Shown: in pieces, positions 25,244 to 34,224 of the stretch | Numbering within the stretch: position 1 is the first letter of the stretch | Layout of the letters: every line of letters begins with the position of its first letter | NCBI GenBank assembly: GCA_938082915.1 | Contig: CALKCG010000039.1 | Coordinates: 1 to 43,825 of the forward strand | DNA length: 43,825 nt | Direction of reading: 5' to 3' | Source of the DNA: an uncultured archaeon | Lineage (GTDB): Archaea > Thermoproteota > CALKCG01 > B24 | Position numbers and translations under genes: made by a program | The notes under the pieces: generated by a model | What the model saw: the letters and a program-made list of their open reading frames with translations, nothing else | Database searches by the model: none | Told to the model about the DNA's origin: nothing

Positions 25244-28200
25244 CAGACTTCTTCAGCTTGATCATGTTCTCATCTACCCCTATCCTTCTAAACTGTTCAA
25301 GTATTTTCTCCCTCTTCATCCTCTCCTCAAAGTACATAGTGAGAGAGACGTTCCTCAAGTCGCCCCCAAATTTCTCTAACATATTCTTGATGTTTAATAC
25401 TTCGACCACCCTTAAGGGTAGCTTCGACAAATCGACGCTTCCCCCTCTAATGTTTGCTGAGAAGTCTACGGCTTGGATACTGCTTAGATGGGGCTCTAAC
25501 TTACCTAAATGCATCACCGTTATGGTGACGTTATTAGTTCCATATACTTCAACTACGTTGTACTCCTCTGGAGGCGGGGGTGGAAGAGCTTTTACGCGCT
25601 CTACCACGATCTTTGCATCTTCTACAGATACTTTCACCTCATTTATCTCCGGGTCTGGTAGAGGATATATGCCACTTAGTATCTTCACAGCGCTCTCAAC
25701 AGCTGATTTAGATACTGGTTTTATCGGTATCTCAGGCCACCCCTTCACTATAGATTCAACCATGTACGTGGAGTCCATTTCAAGCCTCTTACCTGCTAGA
25801 AGGTCGTGTTTATGTTTCTCTGCGTATTTCTTCACGTACTCTATGAGGCTGGCTTTTATATCCGGGGTCTTCCGTATGTTGCATTTTCCACTTACGGCGT
25901 TTAAAATCCATGCCGGCAGCTCACCGTAAACCTCCTCAAACTTATTCGCAGACCTCTCAAGCGTCACTCTCAAATCCGCGTGTGTTATGGAGTCTATCAC
26001 AGGGTCGTAGTAGACGACTGTCTTGAAGAGGCTTATGAGATTCGCCGTATAGTTGCTTATGGCCGATGAAGTTAGGCCGGCTGCGTAGCTTTCGATCTTC
26101 TTGTGCATATGCTCCATTATCTCTAAAAGCACTTCCTCAAACTCCTGCTCGCTTTCATAGTACTCCTTGAGCGTAGGTATTGTTGGAGCCCTCTTTATCA
26201 TATTAATCCTCCTACGTCTGACCTGCTCTGGCTCGCCGACTTTTAAGTAATTTATGGCGGTGGAGGCCGCGTTGACTGATGCTATGTGATTGCAGATCCT
26301 AGAGAGGTCTTCGAGTGAGACGTCGGGGATCACCATGGCGAACATGTTTATGTACGGTATTTCGCTCCTATACTTCCGGATGATTGCTTCAGCTTCCTCA
26401 ACGTAATTTACCTTGGACTTTCCTAGTAGACTCGCCTCCAACACGCTCCAAGGAGATACCGTTAGTATCGTGAACGAGTCTCTGTCGAGGAGTTCTATAA
26501 ACTCAGGCTTACCTTTGAAACTGACCACGTGCTTCATCCAATCTATCAAGTAGAGCTTTGGAGGGGCTACTTTCCCAGACTTGCTTTGGAAGAAGCTCGT
26601 CAGTGGGTACTGATTGATCATATGGTCTTTAAAGTAGTTAAGCATGGCATTATAATCCCTCTTATCAACTCCAGCTTTCTCACGTTCTTCTTTGACCGTT
26701 TGCTCTATGAGCTCAGATGGATTTGGAAGAAGAGTGATTATGTAGTGTTCTAAACCGCCATATTCAAAGCTGTGTAAATATGGCAGCTTCTTAAACTCTT
26801 CGAAGGCTTCGTTAAACTTCTTGAGGCATTCCTCCGCCACAGCGCCTATGAGCGTTGTAGCAATGTCGAGTTTTGTAGCAGCTCTAAGCTTTACCTCAGC
26901 GCTCTCGATTTTAGACAGTACCTCGGGAGCTCTTATCATATCCAGCAGTTTAACTACGTTTTCAGTTATGGACTTAGCGTAAACCGTTGACGCCATGGCT
27001 AACATAAGCTCTCTAATGTCTTCGTCCTCAATCCTCTGAATAGTGCTCTCCCATAAATCGTAGATCCTCATCCACTCTCTTGCGATGCGTTCGCTCATAA
27101 CGTAACTGAAGTCTTCAGGTGCTAAACGGGTTATACTCATAAGCGTACACTCAGTCCACTTCGTGGACGTGAGCCTATTTATCAACGACGCCGTAATCTT
27201 CAGAAGGTCCCTTATATGCTGCGACCTCGGAAGGTCTGCCCCAAAAGTGGGATGTATAAACTTCTGTAGGAGGACTTCATAGCTTGGAGAAAACGGGTAG
27301 AATTTATCAAGCCTCCCCGTGAAATTGAGGACTTCATCTTTACCGATTAAACCCGCAAACTCTTCCTCTATATGTTTTTTAAGAGTTTGCACAGCATCCT
27401 GTTTTCTGGCTTTGAACCTTAATAGCCTCAGGGCTAGTATGTTTAGGGCGTCTTCAACCCCTAGTGGCTTTAAAGTTGATGGTTTAAGTCTCCCAACTCT
27501 ATCGTTCAACTCCCCAATGGCATCTACTAAGAGTGGTATGGTCTTATCGACTTCAGAATGAATGAGGTACTTTGATACCCTAGACCATCTTTCTACGTCC
27601 TGCTGAGCGGATGCATATATGAAGACCAGCGGTACTACTCCTCTAGAGTATTCTAAAAGCTCCTTGAGAAAAGATATGAGGTCCATTAGGCTTTTGATTC
27701 TTTCAATGGAGCCCCCATCGATTGTACTACGAACTCCTCCATAGAGTTCATCTACTACGACTAGTATTGGCGTAGGCTCTCTAAGACTTGAAATAAGGGT
27801 ATTAACGGCTTCTATAGGTCTGAGCTTACTAAGGCCCCTAAGGAAGCTCGGGTCTAAGACTTTAATTCCATGAACCTTAGACTTGTGCTCCAGTATTCTA
27901 GCTGCCACCTCGAATATCGCGTCGTAGGGCTTGAACTCCTTAGGGCATCTTAACATGTCTATCGCGAAGATCAACGTTCTCTCAGCCACTCTCCTATCGT
28001 AGTCGTATTTCCAGAGGGCGTTGGGGTCCAATACTTCTCTAATGTCATCAAAGTCCCAGCGGTATGTTTGAGCATAGAGGTGCCACAATAGTGTGAGGAA
28101 GTGGGTCTTTCCAAAACCCATCTCCTGGGTTAGAGACAGAGCGACTGGAGCTTCTCGAACGACTTTAAGCCCTCCGTTGACCATTTTTAAAGCATCAGCC

Positions 28201-28418
28201 ATCGGGTCGAAGTACGTTATCGATAGAAACGTAACGGTATCTAGGAATTCGTCGCTCACTACGACGCGCGGGTCAAACAGCTCGTGTTCAATTATCATGC
28301 CGAGGCTTGGCGCGAGTCTACCCACGTACTCACCTGGACTGAGCTTGCTATAGGCTTCCACAAGCTGAGTTGGTTCGACCACATCTTTCAACCTAGGAAT
28401 GTACATGTACAACTTCAC
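25236..28418 (-). CDS. Very large P-loop ATPase, DUF499 / BrxC-PglY-class (COG1483-like)
   Basis: 1060 aa. Walker A EMGFGKTHFLTLL near residue 100, Walker B ILVVVDELYGG. GTGA overlap with the methyltransferase stop. Family call rests on size, motif placement and the characteristic pairing with a DUF1156 methylase. Confidence 0.75.
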   Translation of the reverse strand: MKLYMYIPRLKDVVEPTQLVEAYSKLSPGEYVGRLAPSLGMIIEHELFDPRVVVSDEFLDTVTFLSITYFDPMADALKMVNGGLKVVREAPVALSLTQEMGFGKTHFLTLLWHLYAQTYRWDFDDIREVLDPNALWKYDYDRRVAERTLIFAIDMLRCPKEFKPYDAIFEVAARILEHKSKVHGIKVLDPSFLRGLSKLRPIEAVNTLISSLREPTPILVVVDELYGGVRSTIDGGSIERIKSLMDLISFLKELLEYSRGVVPLVFIYASAQQDVERWSRVSKYLIHSEVDKTIPLLVDAIGELNDRVGRLKPSTLKPLGVEDALNILALRLLRFKARKQDAVQTLKKHIEEEFAGLIGKDEVLNFTGRLDKFYPFSPSYEVLLQKFIHPTFGADLPRSQHIRDLLKITASLINRLTSTKWTECTLMSITRLAPEDFSYVMSERIAREWMRIYDLWESTIQRIEDEDIRELMLAMASTVYAKSITENVVKLLDMIRAPEVLSKIESAEVKLRAATKLDIATTLIGAVAEECLKKFNEAFEEFKKLPYLHSFEYGGLEHYIITLLPNPSELIEQTVKEEREKAGVDKRDYNAMLNYFKDHMINQYPLTSFFQSKSGKVAPPKLYLIDWMKHVVSFKGKPEFIELLDRDSFTILTVSPWSVLEASLLGKSKVNYVEEAEAIIRKYRSEIPYINMFAMVIPDVSLEDLSRICNHIASVNAASTAINYLKVGEPEQVRRRRINMIKRAPTIPTLKEYYESEQEFEEVLLEIMEHMHKKIESYAAGLTSSAISNYTANLISLFKTVVYYDPVIDSITHADLRVTLERSANKFEEVYGELPAWILNAVSGKCNIRKTPDIKASLIEYVKKYAEKHKHDLLAGKRLEMDSTYMVESIVKGWPEIPIKPVSKSAVESAVKILSGIYPLPDPEINEVKVSVEDAKIVVERVKALPPPPPEEYNVVEVYGTNNVTITVMHLGKLEPHLSSIQAVDFSANIRGGSVDLSKLPLRVVEVLNIKNMLEKFGGDLRNVSLTMYFEERMKREKILEQFRRIGVDENMIKLKKSGG

Positions 28419-31400
28419 CTCTCATACAGGAGTTTAAGCACGTTTTCTATAAAGGGTTTATTTAGCCTTGTAATGCCGAACGACTTCAACTCATCCTCTC
28501 TAGCGGTTAGCAGTAGGAATAGTGCAACAGCCACAACCTGTCTACTATATGGAAATAGCGTCCTTACTCGTTCCGCGGCTCTACTGACCTCTTCGACTGC
28601 TGGAATATCCGCTAAAATTTTCGTGAGCCTTAAAGCCATGCCTGAGGCGGTTTTATCCAGGACTTCGACTCTACGCTTGATGAGTTCCAGAGCCTCTCTA
28701 CCGTAAATTACTTTACGTGAGGAGCCGCCTTTAGCCTCTAGTAGCCCAAGGTTTTTAAGTCTGTCGAGGCTCGTACCGATGACCTTACAGATTTTTTCGC
28801 CGAAGTCATATTCAACGGTCGATTCCTCTGAGAACCTTGTGGACATCCATAGGAGTAAGTAGGCCTTCGAGTCGTTATCCACTAAGAGTATGTCGTTGAC
28901 CATGTTTTCAGCCAAAGCCTCTTCAACGCCGGCCTTCTTAAAGGCCTCTTTAAGAGCGCCCTCCAGAATCCTCGAAACACCATGGTATAAAGCCACCGGG
29001 TATAGGCTTTCCCTGAAGAACTGCAGTAACATAATAAACCTATATACGTCTCCAGCGCCCAAACCCTCCGCTTCGGTAAACTCATCTATAGGTCTAACAC
29101 CACGCTTAACAGATACTGCCTCAATCGACGGGTTCCATATTCTCGTGGCACCTGCTATCGCACCGGCTAAAGCCATTATGTACTTTTCGTATTCTGAAGC
29201 TCCAGATTCTATGGCGCTCTGAAGAGCATCCACCGTGCTTGACACGATAGCCCGTTTAACGTCTTCATTTATCGATAGGTCCCTAACGTCTCTAGTGCCG
29301 ACGACTACTCTCTCGCCCGCCTTTCTAGTCACGATCGCCAAACTTGAGAAGAACGCTGACCCTGCTAACGCAACACGTCTCTCAGCCATCTCCGTCCTTA
29401 TGGTCCAAACCTTCGTGACCATGAAGCCTGAAGCGTATAGAGCGCTTAGAATGCCCTCCCAAGCCTCTGGGTCGCTGTGAGTAAACCACACTATGAGGGC
29501 GCCGTCGTCTTTGAGGCTTTTATGGGCTTCTCGGAAGAACATCCACATGTTTTTCACGTACCAATCTCTACTATGCGTCGTCTTCATGCGTTCTAAAATC
29601 TCCAGAGCACTCCTCCCTTTGGCAGAGACTTTAACGGTCTTTCTCTCTATGATTTCACCATCCCTAGGCACGGTCGATAGTATGGGACTCCAACCCGAGA
29701 CGAAAAGCTCAGCTCTACTAGGCTCACCTCTATTGAACAAATAGCCTGCGTCTATAGCAGGAGACAAAGTGACTCTTAAGACCTGCCAGAAGAACTCGCT
29801 TATATCGCTGTAGGTGTGCTGGTCGAAATACGGAGGGTCTACATTAATAACATCGACGCTCTTCTCGCCCAATATCTTAGAAAGATCCACAGCGTCGGCC
29901 ATCAGAACCTTAACCCTATCGCCTAAGCCTCCGACCCAAGAGCACAAGTGCTTGAGCACGGGGCATATACCACCATGGGTCTTAGTAGGCTCTTCGACGT
30001 CAGGCTCAAAAACCCAGCCCAGTGATTTGTGAGGGTCTTCAACTATGGGAGGCATTTCACAGTATTCGAGACCAAGACCTATCTTTCTTGTTCTTGCATA
30101 GTGGTCCATAAGTTCTCTTATGGTTCTGGTAGTATCGTCCCATGTAGTTGTAATGTTATTAAAATTCATCAGTTTATCAATGCCAAAAGCTAAATAGAAA
30201 ATACCAGCTAATCTGAACTCCGCTTTTTCATCAATTGATTCTTTAATCCTTGCTCTGACGTATTTTACCAGCTTCATCAAAATTAAAAGCTGCCTCGGAT
30301 TGAATAGCTCATACCAGTAATCTATCCCCAGGTCTGTCACAGGCTTGAATACTTCGTTCTCGGCTTTGTATATTGGGTCTGATGGTATGTAGTCTTTGAG
30401 CTCTTCGCTCAGCCTAGTTAGGTCTAGGTATGCCTCGGTAAACCTCTCCACGTCTTCCTTCGCTGCTGCCTTAAACCCCCTCTTAGTCTGCTTGACGAGT
30501 AGGATGTGTGTCCGATTGAGCTCTTCAACAGATTCTTTGGCTGATTTGAAGTCCCCGCTCAAAGCGGTCTTCAAGAGCCTCTTATGCCTTGAAACCCAGT
30601 CTCGAAGGGCAACTTCCTCTACTACTGGAGCCTTGCAGTACGGGCACCTAAGCCTGGTAAACTCTGCCTCCACTTCGGAGATATCCACCGCGAAGCTCTT
30701 CTTCTCCCCATCGAAGCTGAACTTTATATACGGTCCATTCTTCCCAAGTCTCGTAGTATGTATTATCGGAATCAAGCCTCCGCAGGATTTACACATATAC
30801 CCTCTGGCGATTATATAGTTCATAGCATCCTCAGGATAGTACTTCCCAAGTTCCTTCCTAGCCCAACCTATGAGCCTCTCAGCCTCAGCCTTAACCTCCT
30901 CGTAAAGCCTCACACCATATTTGGCAGGGTACTCAAGCGTGGCCTTGAGGATCAAGTAGGCGACGGGGTTGTACTCCATAGCAACCGTCCTAAAGCCAAG
31001 CCTCAAAGCCTCCAAAGGAATAGAGCCACCACCAGCCATAGGGTCTACGATGAGTATTTCACTAGAATTCTTGCCTATTTTTTCCTTCAAGACGTCATCT
31101 AGATGCCTTCTTTTAGGATTTGAATTAAGGAGTATTGGCAGAATTTTTTGTGTGGCTAAGTCAGATATATCATTAAAACCAACAATTTCTCTAAAGAGGT
31201 CTTTACTGAAATTATGGGGAAGAATAGCAGCTAGATTGAGTATTCTTGAAAGTGCCATCGGGCGCCTCGCAAACCAAGGATGGAGATTATTTGGCTGCGG
31301 GGTTCCTACGTTAAGCACCGTTGGATCTACACTATACAGACTTAAAAATTGAGGCCTGTACTTGTTCCTCGAAATTCTGAATGAAATCTCAATGGCTGCG

Positions 31401-31456
31401 TGGAGATTCATTTCTGATAGAGGAAGCCATTCTTCAACAAGCCTTCTAAAAGACAT
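28415..31456 (-). CDS. DUF1156-type Zn-ribbon-containing DNA methyltransferase (COG1743-like; N6-adenine/N4-cytosine class)
   Basis: 1013 aa. DUF1156 signature NLHPWFARRPMALSRIL, SAM motif I IVDPMAGGGSIPLEALRLG, ribbon CKSCGG...CPYCKAPV, catalytic motif IV VINVDPPYFD. GGAGG lies 8 nt upstream of the ATG. Confidence 0.9.
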   Translation of the reverse strand: MSFRRLVEEWLPLSEMNLHAAIEISFRISRNKYRPQFLSLYSVDPTVLNVGTPQPNNLHPWFARRPMALSRILNLAAILPHNFSKDLFREIVGFNDISDLATQKILPILLNSNPKRRHLDDVLKEKIGKNSSEILIVDPMAGGGSIPLEALRLGFRTVAMEYNPVAYLILKATLEYPAKYGVRLYEEVKAEAERLIGWARKELGKYYPEDAMNYIIARGYMCKSCGGLIPIIHTTRLGKNGPYIKFSFDGEKKSFAVDISEVEAEFTRLRCPYCKAPVVEEVALRDWVSRHKRLLKTALSGDFKSAKESVEELNRTHILLVKQTKRGFKAAAKEDVERFTEAYLDLTRLSEELKDYIPSDPIYKAENEVFKPVTDLGIDYWYELFNPRQLLILMKLVKYVRARIKESIDEKAEFRLAGIFYLAFGIDKLMNFNNITTTWDDTTRTIRELMDHYARTRKIGLGLEYCEMPPIVEDPHKSLGWVFEPDVEEPTKTHGGICPVLKHLCSWVGGLGDRVKVLMADAVDLSKILGEKSVDVINVDPPYFDQHTYSDISEFFWQVLRVTLSPAIDAGYLFNRGEPSRAELFVSGWSPILSTVPRDGEIIERKTVKVSAKGRSALEILERMKTTHSRDWYVKNMWMFFREAHKSLKDDGALIVWFTHSDPEAWEGILSALYASGFMVTKVWTIRTEMAERRVALAGSAFFSSLAIVTRKAGERVVVGTRDVRDLSINEDVKRAIVSSTVDALQSAIESGASEYEKYIMALAGAIAGATRIWNPSIEAVSVKRGVRPIDEFTEAEGLGAGDVYRFIMLLQFFRESLYPVALYHGVSRILEGALKEAFKKAGVEEALAENMVNDILLVDNDSKAYLLLWMSTRFSEESTVEYDFGEKICKVIGTSLDRLKNLGLLEAKGGSSRKVIYGREALELIKRRVEVLDKTASGMALRLTKILADIPAVEEVSRAAERVRTLFPYSRQVVAVALFLLLTAREDELKSFGITRLNKPFIENVLKLLYER

Positions 31457-31515
31457 TCTAATGCCTCCACGTCTTAAGAGACTCGACCTTAAACTTCCAG
31501 CTGTAGAGGGAATAC

Positions 31516-32262
31516 TTAACCATGAGCTTCACCTTCCATGCACTTTGGACATATATGCATTATCGGGCATATGTCGCACTCCGGCTTCTCCCTGCAGTAG
31601 TAGAAGCCTATGTGCCACAGTCCAGCGTCCAGTGCCATAGGTGGCACCTTAAACTTCATCCTGACGACCTTATCGGCTTCCTCTAGTGTTGCATCCTTTG
31701 GTATGATGTGCGTCCTTTCTAAAACTCTCATGACTGGGTCTGCTGGCGATAGGTTTACGTTCTTAATATCGAGCTTAATTATATCGGCTAATCTGAGTTC
31801 TCTGACTATCCCCGGTGCCAAGACCGGTCCTATGCCGGGTAGCTTACTGAGGTCGTTTTCTAGAATCTTAGCATCCGTGAATTTGGCGAAATATTTGACT
31901 AGGCTTCCTCCATTATTTACGGCTATACTCACCAACTCTCTGAAGAACCTTAAAAGCCCTGCAAACCCTCCATGGGGATTAAACCTTGGTATAGTCCTAG
32001 CCACGCCTACTACGGCTTCTTCCACTCTACTGATCCCGTGTTTTTGATTTATTTCAAGTAGACGCTCAAGGGAGATCATCCTCGCAAACTCGTCTAAAGC
32101 GTGCTCGGGGGTTCCAGTAGGCCATTGATAGGTTCTCCAACAGATTTGGAATGCTGCCTCTTCTGAGCCTAACCTGTCTACCATGTCTAAGAGCTCCATC
32201 CTATACTCATCAGTCTTCATCAAGCAGAACCTTGTGAGCTCGTCTATTAAGGCCTGGCTCAT
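31516..32262 (-). CDS. Endonuclease-III-like helix-hairpin-helix protein with C-terminal Fe-S cluster loop (putative DNA glycosylase/lyase-like)
   Basis: HhH motif LSKLPGIGPVLAPGIV, followed by SPADPVMRVLERTHII (position of the EndoIII VDTH-x-x-RV segment). C-terminal C-x5-C-x2-C-x5-C (CREKPECDICPIMHIC) compares with EndoIII C-x6-C-x2-C-x5-C. ATGA overlap with the upstream wHTH gene. Confidence 0.65.
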   Translation of the reverse strand: MSQALIDELTRFCLMKTDEYRMELLDMVDRLGSEEAAFQICWRTYQWPTGTPEHALDEFARMISLERLLEINQKHGISRVEEAVVGVARTIPRFNPHGGFAGLLRFFRELVSIAVNNGGSLVKYFAKFTDAKILENDLSKLPGIGPVLAPGIVRELRLADIIKLDIKNVNLSPADPVMRVLERTHIIPKDATLEEADKVVRMKFKVPPMALDAGLWHIGFYYCREKPECDICPIMHICPKCMEGEAHG

Positions 32263-32453
32263 ACCTCCTCCCTCCAGAACAAGTGTATTTTACTAGAGCC
32301 CTTGTACCGTACGCCCTTCTTCGTCATGGCTAGGTGCATCAACGCATCCTTAGCGGTCTTGTAGTTTATCCCAAGCCTCTTGGCGACCTCGTTCGGCGTG
32401 GCTGGTTCATCCGTAAGCACGTTGTAAACGGCTTCTTCGTACTTACTTGGCAC
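32259..32453 (-). CDS. Small winged-helix DNA-binding protein (64 aa), first gene of the operon
   Basis: TPNEVAKRLGINYKTAKDALMHLAMTKKGVRYKG is an HTH plus wing. GTG start. Confidence 0.6.
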   Translation of the reverse strand: MPSKYEEAVYNVLTDEPATPNEVAKRLGINYKTAKDALMHLAMTKKGVRYKGSSKIHLFWREEV

Positions 32454-32469
32454 GATAAATCACTATTTA

Positions 32470-32479
32470 ATTGTACAAT
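32470..32479. promoter_or_regulatory. Perfect 10-bp palindrome overlapping the predicted promoter of the defence operon (candidate operator)
   Basis: ATTGTACAAT lies 17-26 nt upstream of the GTG at 32453. It directly abuts a TATA-like TTATAT (minus-strand reading) about 24-30 nt upstream of the start. Confidence 0.4.
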
Positions 32480-32743
32480 ATAAGATTATGGTTTACTTTC
32501 GATGCACCAACGGAATACTCATAGAGAGCCCAAATCCAGTCTTACGGATGTGGTGGTCTTTGCCTACCACCTCTACCATTACTCAATATTTTTCATGGGC
32601 TACAGCTCATGGACTGCATGGCGATGTTTGACGCTTTAAGTCAAGTCAGGCTTGCCTTATGGGATTCTACCATAAATTTACCCAAAACCGCGCACGTTTG
32701 AATCATGGGAAATCGCAGTCCTACGTGCATACTACTTTGTAGC

Positions 32744-32884
32744 ATGTCCAATATAATCTTCCGAATAGATGAAGATGTTAAAAGGCTACTTGAAAAGAAG
32801 GCTGAAGAGAGCGGGTCGACTTTATCTCAACTGATAAGAAGCTCGATCTTCCAATATCTCGGTGTAAAGGTAAAAACGATGTAA
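32744..32884 (+). CDS. 46-aa ribbon-helix-helix (CopG/antitoxin-like) protein, below the ORF-track cutoff
   Basis: Hand translation MSNIIFRIDEDVKRLLEKKAEESGSTLSQLIRSSIFQYLGVKVKTM. This is the classic RHH pattern (beta strand IIFRIDEDV, then two helices). No cognate toxin ORF follows. Confidence 0.5.
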   Translation: MSNIIFRIDEDVKRLLEKKAEESGSTLSQLIRSSIFQYLGVKVKTM

Positions 32885-33045
32885 AGAGCTCTGCGAAAGG
32901 CTAGATATGATCGAGGGGTTCCTCTTGAAGGGGGTTCGGAATTAAGTATGAGATATTTAAAAGCAGTCAACTGAAAAAGAAGGGGGATTAAGGCATGACA
33001 CAAAATTGTGATGCAACAGGAAAGCCCTTGTAAACGGTTTAGACT

Positions 33046-33375
33046 TTAAAATAGTTCTCCATACTTGCTCACGTGGTCTTCTACTGCCTTCTCCTGGTTG
33101 TCTATAGAGCCGTCCCATTCGTCTAACTCCTTTTCCATCTTTGACCAATGTGCATAAATGTCTTCAGCTACTTCCTCCCCTTCGATCTTTAGTACCGCAT
33201 CACCTTTCCCTTCTTTCCGCGCTTGTCGGATGTTATGAAGGGGTCTATATATACGTACTCTAACCCCATGCTCTTCCAAGGTAGTCTGTCTAGGAACCCT
33301 CCAGTTCTCAAGAGTGGTTTGACCCCTTAATCTATTAAAACTGGACACGTTTTCACCTCCCAATAATATGGCCAC
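33046..33375 (-). CDS. hypothetical protein (109 aa)
   Basis: ORF only. Its 5' end overlaps the start of the divergent 33368 ORF, so one of the two starts is wrong or this ORF is spurious. Confidence 0.3.
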   Translation of the reverse strand: MAILLGGENVSSFNRLRGQTTLENWRVPRQTTLEEHGVRVRIYRPLHNIRQARKEGKGDAVLKIEGEEVAEDIYAHWSKMEKELDEWDGSIDNQEKAVEDHVSKYGELF

Positions 33376-34009
33376 AGACAGAGAAATCGTTAAAAGAGGA
33401 AAAACTTATCTCATTTGTCTCACTTATCTTAATAACGTGATGTTGGAAAGTGAAAGTAGAGCTTTTAGGGAGTGTATTAAGATGGCTAAGATGCTTTATG
33501 AATTGGATGGTTTATACGATGACCTCCTTAAATCTGCGTCAAATGAGCCCGCTGAGTTCGAAAGAAAGCTTTTGGACTTTATATCGCTCGTAAATAGGGT
33601 TAAGAAGAAGATCGAGTTGTTCAGTATGGTTTATAGCGTAGGTCCAATCATTGACATCGCATCTGATCCCAGCGATGAGAGGAATGCATTAGTTAAGGTC
33701 GGCTTGAAAATGAGGCGTTATAAATATGAAAGTAAACCGATTAAAGTCCGCCAATTCATAGTCGCAGAAATCTTGCCATTAACTGAGGCGCACTTGAAAT
33801 CAGAAGATGTTATAAAGGCGGCCGTCAGTAGAGCTTCTAAACGTGAGCTTATATCACCAGGTGAAGCAGCTAGATCGCTCAATGTCTCATATAAAACTCT
33901 CTGGAGGTGGTGGAAGGAGGGGAAGATCAAAGCCGTTAGATTGCCTTCAGGGCGATTAAGATATTACAGGCATGAGGTTGAAAAATTGATGAAAAACGCC
34001 GTCGGCTGA
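33368..34009 (+). CDS. Protein with C-terminal excisionase/MerR-type HTH domain
   Basis: C-terminus ISPGEAARSLNVSYKTLWRWWKEGKIKAVRLPSGRLRYYRHEVEKL is an excisionase-family HTH. N-terminal ~160 aa unknown. Internal ATGs (for example residue 25) are alternative starts. Confidence 0.6.
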   Translation: MATDREIVKRGKTYLICLTYLNNVMLESESRAFRECIKMAKMLYELDGLYDDLLKSASNEPAEFERKLLDFISLVNRVKKKIELFSMVYSVGPIIDIASDPSDERNALVKVGLKMRRYKYESKPIKVRQFIVAEILPLTEAHLKSEDVIKAAVSRASKRELISPGEAARSLNVSYKTLWRWWKEGKIKAVRLPSGRLRYYRHEVEKLMKNAVG

Positions 34010-34224
34010 TACATAAGGGAAGAGGGAGTTGTTTTGAAACGCCATATTACGGGCTCTGACCGAAGTAAAATAGGCTTTGTGCTCAATTCTCTTTTCGGTC
34101 CCCTCCTCTTAGGTAGTTCTTTAAATGAGCGGCTTCGGAGAGGGAATTATGGATATTGGTGTGAAAAAATTGAACCATATTACACTAAAGAGCATAATTA
34201 AACCACGAAGACTTGAAATTACAA

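Noticed and set aside
1159-31640. Numerous 60-175-aa ORFs in the track that lie antisense or out of frame inside long, motif-supported genes. Examples: 1159-1377, 3280-3636, 4519-4899, 7317-7844, 10692-11075, 16047-16412, 18565-20286 series, 25258-25929, 28284-31352 series, 31610-32047, 36212-37092 series.
   Set aside because: Each is fully embedded in a longer ORF with clear family motifs on the other strand or frame. Their compositions are low-complexity Ser/Leu/Pro-rich, typical of shadow ORFs.
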